DNA of 64,000 bases from Rhizaria sp. SCN 62-66 (taxonomy: Eukaryota): contig MEDY01000036.1 in NCBI GenBank assembly GCA_001724265.1, positions 1 to 64,000 of the forward strand. Reading direction: 5' to 3'. Below are positions 45,777 through 56,700 of this stretch, piece by piece; within the stretch, counting starts at the first letter, position 1; every line of letters begins with the position of its first letter. The translations under genes were made by a program, and so were the position numbers. Below the pieces are notes generated by a model. The model did no database searches. It was given only the letters and a program-made list of their open reading frames with translations, and was not told the origin of the DNA.

Positions 45777-47730
45777 ATGGGCAAGGGTGGCGCCCAACTG
45801 GGCAAGCCCGTCAAGGGCAAGAGCAAGGAGCGTAAGAAGGACCGCAAGGCCAAGACGGGCGGCGACGCGGGGCTCGCGGACGACATCAAGCTGCTCGAAG
45901 AGTACGAGCGCCTCAACAAGCTCGCCGACGCGCAGCGCCTGCGCCTCAAGCGGCTACAACAGCAGGAGATGTACAACACGAAGATCAACCAGAACATTCT
46001 GCTCAACGTGCACCGTAAGGCTATGCGCGCGGAGAAGCTCGACTCGCTGCGCAAGGAGATCGAGATCCTCGCGCAGAACTTCGAGCGCGAGGTTGACCGC
46101 AAGGACGCGATCCTGCAGATGCTCACTAAGGACATTGCACAGGCCGAGGAACAGTACGACACTGCGCGCCGCACGCACCTTATCAAGGTCCAGCAGTTCA
46201 TCACGCTCCACGAGCAAAAGCTCCAGGTATGTTCAGATGTGAAGCAACAGAACAAGAGCATTTCAGCTGTACAGACGAGCGAAATGCATCAATGTTGCTG
46301 TCTTTTGTGTTATAATTTGTATTTCTTCACTTCACAAAATTGTTTATTAAAGAATAATGCGCTCGTCTTGCATAATTCTCAATCTATCATGGTTGCCCGT
46401 ATTCTCTCTTTTTCTTATCTCTCTCACTTGCTATGCTCTGCCATGTTTTGCTTTGTTTTGTTGTGCTTTCCAGGCCGTGAACGCGGACTTTGAGCGGTAC
46501 GTCAAGGCGCTCAAGACCGAGTTCCACGCCGAGCTGGAGGACCTCCGCACGCAGCACAACCGCGAGACACGCGAGCTGGCCTCGGTCATCGCGCAGGTCG
46601 AGGCGCTAGACAACGCGCAGACGTCTGCGACCAAGAGCGCGCAGGAGGCCGAGCGCGAGCGCGTGCGTAACGCGAACCTGGAGTCGATTAACGAGCTGCG
46701 CATCTCGCTGGAGAACCGCATCGAGGACCTGGAGAAGCAGTTCGACGACGCCCACAATATCTACACGGACCACACGTATCAGAAGCACCGGCTGTTCCGC
46801 GAGCTGCAGCGCTCGGATCGGCGGCTGACGTTGCGCGTGCAGGCGCGCCGGCGCCGGTTGGACCGCCTGCAGGACGAGCTGCAGGCGTGGCGGCGCAAGC
46901 TGGCTTTCTCCGAGGCCGAAAACGAGCGCACGCAGACGGACCTCGCCGCGCAGCGCGACCTGGTCAAGTCGCAGTGCGCGGCGCTCAAGGCGCGCACGCA
47001 GGCGATGCGCGCGGGCGAGGCGAAGCGGCTCACGGAGCTGTCGCTCATGTCGCGCGACGCCGCGAAGCTGAACAAGGAGAAGCTCGAGTTCGCTGAGAGT
47101 CTGCTGCAGCTGGCCGAGCTGGCGCGCAAGCTCGAGACGGAGAAGGAGAAGGTCATGCCCGTGGACCCGCACGCCACGGCCGGCGCGGCGGCGCTGCTGC
47201 AGGGCCGCACGACGGCTGAGGGTGTGCTCGAGGCGACGCTGCAGCAGCAGCAGCTGCAGGGCACCACGCTGCCCGCGCACATGACCGGCGTGTACCCAGG
47301 CAGCAACGCTGCCGCCAGCAACGCGGCCGCCGCGGCCGCGGGCGGCGACGAGGCCGGCGGCGCGGCGCGACTGAGTCTGGGCTACGGCGTGGGCGCGGGC
47401 GCGGACGCCGAGGGCGTGCGGCGGCTTATCGACGGCCAGGACTGGAGCTCGCTGGACGTCTTCTACGCCAAGTACAACAAGGTGATGCTGGACAAGCTCG
47501 CGATCGCGCAGGAGAAGGCGCGCCTGAAGCAGGAGAATGGCGACCTGCGCGCGATCCTGAAGCAGTACCTGGACGGCATCGCCGTCAACAGCGACACGGT
47601 CGGCGAGACGAACCCGCTGCTGATCGTCAACGGGCGCGTGAACCTCATGGGTGCCACGCAAAAGAGCACCAAGCGGCCCAACGTCGTCATTGAGAGCGGG
47701 CAGGTCATGCATCAGTACCAGCACACGTAA
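45777..47730 (+). CDS. DRC2: Dynein regulatory complex subunit 2 (CCDC65), 568 aa; exons 45777-46226 and 46474-47730
   Basis: LRKEIEILAQNFEREVDRKDAILQML.KDI..AEEQY and YNKVMLDKLAI..EK..L..EN..LR.ILKQYLDGIAV...NPLLIVN. Phase-0 GTATGT...CAG intron; TAA stop. Confidence 0.9.
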
Positions 47731-48025
47731 AGACACAGTTCGTGCGCTAGGCTTTGCTATCTCTTGTATTTTGTCTGTTTTGTTGTTGAATAGTTTGTAC
47801 CGTTTTTATATGCTACTTTAGGTCGAGAAATAGAATACAATTTTGAATATCTCCTCACGTTTGATTGAAAGAAGCTGTACGTTTTAGTCATGTGTTGATG
47901 CAAGATAGGAATCGGAGCGTTGTACTGCTTGGTTTAGATAGTCTTCATATAAAAATCACTAAAAAAAAGTATATAAAATAGGTTGGTTGTTTAATTCTTT
48001 AACTTGTTTATACTATATGACTTCC

Positions 48026-51000
48026 TCACTCATCAGCAGCGGCATTAGTGTCGTGGGTAACGTAAGCGTCGTTGCTCTCGGCCGCACCATCAAACACAGC
48101 GTCAGCCTCGACATCAGCCTCAGCCTCAGCCTCAGCCTCAGCGCCTGCGTCAGCGTCAGCCTCTGCGGCAGTGGCAGTCTCAGGTTCAGGCGCAGCCTCA
48201 ATCTCAGTCGCAACAGCAGAAGCAGCGGCAGCCTCGGGTTCAGTGCTCACCTCGGCAGCACCAGTGCTCTTGCCGGCAATGCACCGGTCCCCAGTGTTGC
48301 TATTACTGTCGTTCTCAGTGTTGGTGTCGGCGTCCGCGTCCGTGGCCGTGTCGGCCGGGATGCCGTTGAGCTCGTCGTCGTCGATCACGTTGCCGAACAC
48401 GTCATATACCTTGCCGTCCGCGCGGCGCAACTTGAAGAACTCCACCTCCTCCTGCTGCCTGATCGTCCGGGCCTCGGCGGTGACGTCGGCGCCGTTGGAA
48501 CCCGCGGCGGCGATCGCCGCGGGGCTGGGGTGGTGGACGCCCGCGGGGCAGCGCGCGATGTGGCGCCAGAAGAGCGTCTCGGCCTGCGCGGCCACGTCCG
48601 CGGCGTCGGCCTCCCACATCCACGGGTCCGGCACGCACACCAGGCCCTCGACCGGGACCGTGCGCAGAGACGACGACAACAGCGGCGACAACGACGAGAC
48701 CGCAAGGGCAGCCTTCGCATCAGCAGCCGCGGTCGCAGCGTCAGCGTCAGTGCAGGGGACGGTGAGGGCGGTTGCGAGCTCACCGGTGCTGCTCACGGTC
48801 ACGCGCTGGGTGAAAAAGGCCACATACGCGGCCTTGGGCTTCTCGCTCTTGCCCCCAGCCGCAGTCGCAGTGTTGGACTGGGAGAAGTGGGCAGGGGCGG
48901 TGACAGCGCTGGTGTCGAAGAGCCGACTAACGAGGGGGCCCAGCGCGTCCTCAGCACTGGGGGTAAAAACAGACACTGCATTAGCCACGGGATTCGCGGC
49001 TGCACTGTCACTCGCGGTGGCAGTGGTCGTGGTCGTCAGTAAAGGGAGACTAATGTTGGCGACGCGGAAGCCGGTGGGGCAGACACCGACGTTCGAGTCC
49101 AGGAAAAGAACGTGCGCGCTCGGCTTGAACTCGCTGTCGCTGACAGAGACGCTCTTGCGATCGCTGTTGCTGTCGCTGTCGGCGCTGTAAGTGAACGCGT
49201 CGGGGTGGACGACGAGGCGCGACAGCCCCGGGATTTGCGTGCTCCCGGAAGCACTTAGATCGTGTAAGGGGGTCGTCGCCTCAGCGATGACGATGGCGCG
49301 CGCGATAAGCGCGGTGCGCAAGGTGCAGGCGCCGCCGTCAGCCGCCGACTCAGACTCGGCCACGTCAGCAGCCGCACTCGCTCTCGCACTTGCGGCCACA
49401 GTCGCGGGCGCGGTCGCGGTCCCAGTCCCAGTCCCAGTCGTCACAGCACTCGCGCTCGCACTCGCACTTGAGCCGGACTCGTCCTGCTTTGCAGCAACAG
49501 CGCTTTCGCTGCCATGAGCATTTGCATCAGTGTTTGCGTCCGTATCAGTGCTATTGCAAGCAGCAGCGGCGGTGATGGCCGCGATGGCCGCGAGCGCCTG
49601 AGTGCGAGCCTCGGTCAGGCTGAGCGCGCGGGCGCTGTGGGGGACCGCCGCCAAGCCGCCGACAGCACCACACGTACCATCACGTGTACCCTCACGTGTA
49701 CCACAGGTGGTGCTAGGGAGGTGCATCTTGTCGACGTACACGCGCTTGGCGGTGATATACTGGCCTGCCGGGGTCAACACACCGGTGATAACGAGCCCAG
49801 GATTGTTCCCACTAGCAGCCGCAGCAGCAGAGGTGGTATTAGCGTCCGCGATGCTGTCAGTAAAGACAAAGCCGACTGGGGCGTGCTGGAGCATGCAGAT
49901 GGTGCCAAAAACGGACGTCAATCTAAGCATGTTATCAAACAAGAAGACAACACAAAAAAGAGTCACATGAGCAAGCAACATTATAAACCTGATGTAAAAT
50001 TTCCACCGAATAATAAAAATATAAAAAATTGAAATCTTGACGACACATAAACAAGCATGAACTGCACGAATTCAATCCAAAGGCGGACACTGTTGGTCGA
50101 TATAACGACGACGTACCGCGCGAACGCCTGCGCCAGTTCCGAGATGCCGTACGACGGGTACAGGTGCGCCCCTTTCTGGCCAAAGCGACCGAGCGAGGTC
50201 ATGATGCCCTTGGTGCGGCGCGCAGCGTCCTTGGTCAGCAGCTCACCCACAGACGCATCATTAGCAGCGGAAATCGCAGCAGCAGTTGCAGTCGCAGGAG
50301 ACTTGGAGGCCAGGAGGACGTTGGCGGCGGCAGCAGCGGCGGCAGCAACCGTGGGCTCGCCCATCCCGTGGCCCAGCGCGTAGGCAAACATAGCGCGCGC
50401 CAGCGCGGGGGCCTTGGCGTCGGCCAGCAGCGCGGACAGGGGGCGGGAGGCGAAGGCGGCGTACTGGGCCACGTGCGCCGCTGTCAGATTATCCAGGAAT
50501 AGAAACAAAGATAGCAAGAATATCGATGGAATAAGGTGAACCGATGAAATAATATAGAAAAATGAGTATCAAAAAAACGATAAGGTGTTTTGTTTCAACT
50601 AGGCATGAGATAGGACCTCAAAGTGCAATTTTAGTGTTTTGCAAAAGGATATTGAAGAAGGATTAGCGCAATGTGACGTACGCTTCGTCTGCGGGTTGCG
50701 CGGGTCGTGGTTCAGCACGTGCGCCAGCGTCGTCAGCGAGTGCTTCGCGATTAGCGACAGGCGCTTCTCGGCGAAGATGTCGCCCTTGGAGCACGGGGTG
50801 CGCCAGTAGAAAGCGTCCAATGCCACGCCCGTTGGCGTCGCAAACCTCACACTCCCACTCGCAGCGGCAGTCGTAATCGAGCTGGAGCTGATGTTGTTGG
50901 TGCTGTTATTATTGGCGGGGACGGGGGGCTGCTTGGCGTCGAGCGCGGCCTGCGAGAGCGCCATGTAAGTGTCCTCGACTCCCTTGAACTCCAAGTAACT

Positions 51001-51870
51001 GGCCGTGTCAGTGCGGACGAGGATGTCGACGAGTGCGCAGCGCGAAAGCACAAGCGCCGGAGACAGGTCAAGGCTAAAGCGGAACCGCTGCTTGAGCATG
51101 TCGGCGGACGGCGGAGGCAGCGACGACGCAGTTGTCACGGTCGCGGTCGTCGTCGCAGTCGCCGCAGTCGTCGCATCAGAATTAGAGCTTGAGCTGGAGC
51201 TTGAACCAGAGTTGTTATTGGCAAGCAGGTCAGCTGCAGAAACAGCAGGGGCATCCACAGCCGTGCTGTCACTACTTCTCGCAGTCACAGCGTCAGCAGG
51301 AGCAGCACCAGCAGCAGGAGCAGCAGCAGCAGCAGCAGTGACTGCTGGGACAGAGGGGGCCCAGACCGATGCGCCGGCGAAGGGGAACGCAGCGGCGTTG
51401 TCGGGGTCTGAGAGCAGCGCCCTAAGCGAAGTCGTGTACTCTGAGTCCAGCGGCGATTGCGACCCCGCGCCGCGGCCCCCGAGCCCACAGCTGCCACCGC
51501 TGGAGTCACCGGCGTCAGATGGGTCCGAAGCACTGAGGAAGGCGGAGTTGGCGAACGGGAAGACAGTGGCGCCCGCGGCAAATGCGGGGTCGCTGTGAGT
51601 CGCGCGCCACTTGGCCACGGCCGCGGAGAATGCCGCCGCGCCCGAGCCACCCGTGCTCGCAGTGTTTGTCGCAGCGTCCGCGGTGGCCGCGAGGAGGCCG
51701 TGCAGCTCGTGCAGCGGCAGGGAGGCCTGGGCGCCACCGTAGTTGGTCAAGGTGTCCATGATGACGACTTTGCGGCCGATGCGCGCAAGTGACGCCGCAA
51801 GCATCAGCTGCGGAAGGCTTGTGCCGATGAAGATGGCGTCGTAGTCCGTCGAGTCGAGCGTGTACGACAT
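48026..51870 (-). CDS. CHM: Rab escort protein (REP/CHM, GDI superfamily), ~1149 aa; exons 51870-50682, 50480-50117, 49922-48026
   Basis: YDAIFIGTSLPQLMLAASLARIGRKVV..D...YGG, RFSLDLSP..VLSR..LVDILV...SYLEFK, PCSKGDIF and LGRFG...LYPSYGISELAQAFARLTSVFG. Both introns are phase-compatible; TGA stop. Confidence 0.88.
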
Positions 51871-52274
51871 CGCGGGCGACTGGGCCGAGAGTGCGAGGAT
51901 GCGTTTGTGGTCAGCGGGAGTAGGGCGCGGATATGACGGGGAAGATGTTGAGATACAGGCAAAAATAATATAATATAATAGCAAATGCAACATATAAATG
52001 TTGAATACAGCACTTAAACTCCAACCTGACGACGGGAATGCAGTTTGCCTATAGATTTTTAGAAGCGACGTGGACCTTCTGTCCAACGTCGTTGCCAAGA
52101 CCTGTGGCGGCCGAAGGGAGCGACGTGATTTTTCGGTGACAGCATCAGTCTCGTGGCCGGTCTCACACTCGTTGCAGCGCTCTGTAACTCTTCACACAGG
52201 TAGTGTGCTTTAATTTCTGCTTATTCGTTTATTACGCGCGCACCCACGTGTAATCTCGTCTCTCTGCGACCACC

Positions 52275-53243
52275 ATGTCGATCAACGAACAGCCCCTTCT
52301 GTTCCTCCTCAACGCCAAGGGCAAGGAGACCGTGAATGACATCTTCGTCACTGCCTTCCGCTTCCGCCGTGACACCATTCCCGAGCGTGTACGTTCTATT
52401 AACTTCTGCACTCATTCCTGCCATATTACACTCATATCTCCGCTCTCTGCATCCCGCGCACTCGACACTCCCGCAAATCTCACCCACTCACTTCACTTCA
52501 TTTATCTTGCGCTGTCTCTCGCCCTACCTAACTCATCCCTCTTACGCACACGCACAGAAGCTTGCCGAGTGGTCCACTGAGCTGGAGGTCTCGGTCGCGG
52601 ACGCCGCCGTGCTGGCCGGCAGCGTGCAGGCGCTGGTTCGCTCCTGTCTCTACTCCAGCTCGCTGCCATCGCAGGTCCTCTCGGAGGGCTTCCACCCGCA
52701 GCTCGCCGCGCTCATGAACAAGGTCCTCAAGGCGCACGCCGAGGAGTGGCGCATGGCCGTCACCATGAACAAGGTATCGCCACCGCAGTTGCTCGAGTTC
52801 AACTACCGCATCGACACCAAGGCCAGCTCGGACGCGCTCGCCAAGATGTCGTCCTCGTCGCTGCTGCTCGCGCTTAAGATCCAGGTACGCCGCCATATGG
52901 TCTCTGCACAGCTCTGCCGCAGGATATCTATTTGCCATAGCTTAACACTGTCATATAGGTATATAATTGCATCTAGTCCTACGATGTTCTTGCTTCGTGC
53001 TGTTCCAGTCTACTTCAAACTTACATCTGAATCATCTTTTTTGTCATCGATTGCTTGCTCCCGCCTTTCTGTGGCTCTGGGTCGTCGCCGTCGCTGGTGC
53101 TGTGCACACTATAGGACCAGCCGACGCAGGTGGGAGTGATGCCGGGCGTTAAGGACGTGCAGCTGGAGCTCAGCACGCAGGAGCTGGCCACCATGCTCGA
53201 CGGACTGGGCAAGATCAAGGACCAGCTCGAGTCCATCAAGTAA
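52275..53243 (+). CDS. COMMD9: COMM domain-containing protein 9, 189 aa; exons 52275-52388, 52558-52884, 53115-53243
   Basis: FHPQLAALM.KVL, PQLLEFNYRIDTKASSDALAKM and the C-terminus LELSTQELATMLDGLGKIKDQLESIK. Two phase-0 GTACG introns; TAA stop. Confidence 0.9.
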
Positions 53244-53708
53244 GGCGGACCAACGCGAGCTAGCGTTGCGAGAGTAACGCTCTACAAAGCAACGAAAACT
53301 ACAGACAAAGTCGCCGACAAAAAGTCTCTGTATGGAAGAGCACTTTTTGGGAGGATATGTTTCACTGTACACTCCAGACTGAAGAGAATTGACAAACAAT
53401 TTGCGTGTCTTCTCAATTTAATACAAAACAATTATCATAGTATTTCAAAAATGGTTACATCTCACAAGAACTGAAAAGTTGCTTGGTCGTCTCAACAACT
53501 GTCGACTCACGGTGATGTCATTAAAAATTTTTAGTGTACACGTAAGAATGTAAAAAATTGTGTTTTAAACAAAACCCATAGAAAAAGAGGAGAAATGCAA
53601 AGATTTATTGTATAAACATAGATAAATAACACATAACTCACTATATAACTCATAGCGTTCCGAGAAGTCAATTTGTAACTTTCGACAAGTCTCTCACACA
53701 GTTTAAAC

Positions 53709-56700
53709 TCAATCGACGGGGAAAAAGCTCTCGTCAAGCGGCGCCCCTGCCCTGATTGACTCCACCAACCAGTTGAAATTGACGACATGAATCCCGTGTT
53801 TCCGCGCGAATGCCACTTTATCGCCCTCGCCCGTCATAGCGATGACGTGTGTGACGTCCGTGGTCAGTGTGTCGCTGTACGCGGCTCGGCGCAGGCTGTT
53901 AGCCATCACCACGAGCTCGTAGATGGCGGCCTTGACGTCCTGCGTGTGCTGAGTCGCGCAGACCACAATGCCCTTGGGCCGCGTCACCACGGGTGCAAAC
54001 GGCACGAAGACGTTGTCGTGCAGCGCGTACACGTCGATGACTGCGGCGGCGGACTCACGGTCGCGGCGCGCTTGCTCCTGCTGTTGATGCTGCAGTGACA
54101 GCGCCCCTGGCTCAGTCTCAGTCGCAGCCACACCCGCTGTCTCCGCGGCAGTGTTGGCTGCTGATACTGCCGTTCCAGTTTGCGCTCGTACTGCAGAGGC
54201 AAGCACGGCGACGGGAACCTTAACGACCGCGGCGGCAGCGTGGGCCGTCGCGCTCGCGTTGTGCGGCTCCAGCATGCAGAACCGCTGGGCCACGTGCAGC
54301 GGCGAAAACGACGCGAGCACGCACCGCTCCCGCGTCTCCGGCTGCAGGTCAGGCAGGGTGATGTTGTTGACTTGCGGTGAAGAAGAGCCCGATCCCGCGA
54401 GTGCCCATATATTCTCCGCGGACGCAGCACCAGTGTTCGCACTCGCGGTTGTGGTGGCTGCAGCTGCTGCTGCAGCAGCAGCGGCCGCGCGGGCGGCTGC
54501 GCGGGGCGCAAGGACGCCGCCGGCGGCGGCAACGGCAGCTGCGGTCGGTAAGGCAACTGCAGCAGGCGCGGCCATCATCGTCGCCTTCACGGTAGTGCTG
54601 CCGTTGTCAGTATTGGCGCTGCTGTTGTCAGCGTAAGGGGCAGCGCGTGCGCGCAAACGCGGCGAATGTGCCCTTTGTTGTTGTTGCTGTTGTTGTTGTG
54701 ACTGCGTCTGTGACTGCTGGGACAGCGCGTTGTTGCTGTTGGCCGCCGGCGTCGCCGACGGCGCCAGAGTGTCGCCGCCCTGCGACTGCGACAGCGGGGT
54801 CGGCAGCGACGTGATCAGGTGCGCCTGCATCAGTCCGCGCATGTGCGCGCGCAGAGGGCCCGGCGTGGGCAGCGGAGGCGCCAGGAACACGCTGTGGCTG
54901 CCTTGGCTGATGCTGTAGCGCCACCGCGTCGGGTCAGTCGGCGACGGCTGCAGCGAGCGCAGGTAGCGAGTCAGAGAGACAGGCGGCTGCGAGCGCTCGC
55001 CTGCACGGCCCGACTTGCCCCCGCTCTTGCCCTTCGCAGATGTAGCCGCAGCTGAGCTTGAACTCGAGTCCGCGCTATGTTGCTGCTGCTGTTCATTTTG
55101 GCTTTGTAGTTGTTGTTGCTTGAGAAGAGCGTTGTACCTCGCGACCACAAACGCGTTCGGCGCGACCGTGCCGATCGAGGTGGGCTGCGATAAGTAAAGC
55201 CGCCGGGGGTCGATGAGCTCGCCCGCCGCGAGACAGGCGGTGACCCAGCGAGGGCGCACCAAGCACAGCGGCCACGTGGGGAACGAACGGAGGTCGATCG
55301 GCGTGTAACTTGCCATCGTTGCAGCGGCAGCAATGTCACTGCTGTCACTCATATTCTTGGAACTGTTGTTGCTGCTGCTGCTCCGAGTGCCGTTGCTGTT
55401 GTCAGGATGAAACGTAACGAGTGGGTCGTACCACAGTGAGTCGTCATTCGCATCTTCAAGAACGACGAACTGACCGTGAGCAGGAGAGGCGGGGTGACCA
55501 CGGCCAAAGCCAGACTGTGCACCTCCAACAGCACCCATGACATGGGTGATCTTCGCGTTCGTGCCGTCGCTGTCGCTGCCACTGCTCAAAGCCGCCGGAG
55601 CAGGGATACGGCCAATGTTGTTGCGATTCGCAGCAACGTCACTGCCCCACATCGTTTGCACCGACGGTCCAGTTTTGGTTCCGCCGGTTCTCTTCGCCCC
55701 CGAAGCAACACTAATGCCGGCAGCACTGATCGCGTCCGCAGCTGTAGCAACAGCAGCGTTCCGGGCCGCAATGTTCGCATCAGCAGCAACCGCCGCGGCA
55801 GCAGCCGCCGCCGCAGCAGCGCTACTGCCTCGCTTACTGCTACTAGAGGCCTTGCTCGAGCTTGAGTTAGCGCTGGTGCTCGCGTTGGCCAGCGGGGGCA
55901 CCGTGTTGGCGCCGGCGCCAGCCCACGCTGCGCGCGCGCCCCAGCCGCCGCCCTCCGGCGGCGCGATGGCGGCGAAGGGCAGTGCGTCGCCGTCGAGCGC
56001 GTGCGTGATTACAAAGTGCACGCCGCTCCGCATCACCGACGGATGCGTGTACACGCTATACGAGGCGGGCACTGTAGTCAACCCAGTGTCTTTTGCCGTA
56101 GCCTTTGCACTTGCACTTGAGCTAGGGCTCGAGCTAGAGCTGGAGTTTGAGCCTGATTTCTCGTCATCATTGTTAGACGACTTGTCACGCTTTGAGCTTG
56201 AACTATCACTCTGACGGCTAGACTTTGATTTGTTGCTCGCCTTTGATGCAGTTGCAGCAGCCGCAGCAGCTTTCTTGGTGGCTGTCGCAGCCATCCTGTG
56301 GTCAATGCCGACCGCGACCGCGGTTTTGACCTGGCCCTGTTGCAGCTGCGGCACCGCGTCGCTGCCGAGTAGAGCAGTGCCGCCGTGCTCCGTGATGAGC
56401 TGCAGCATAGCGACGCTCTCAGCAAAGTCGAGGCAGATGACAAACACGACGCCGTGGAACAGAGTCGATTTGAGAGCAGGCTGGCCGCCAGTGCTGTTTC
56501 GCGCGTTCGTGCTGTTGCGGTTCGCTCCAGTGCGGACAGGGATTGCGGTCATCAGGCCCGTCCCAGCGTCCTCCTGCTGCCGCAACGGCCCTTTGCCGGC
56601 ATCAACATCGGTGGTGGTTAGGGCGGCCTTGGCCTTAAGAAGGAGGGAGCCGTAGGTCGTGGCAGGCAGCGTCGGCGCGGCCGCCGCCACGGACGATACG

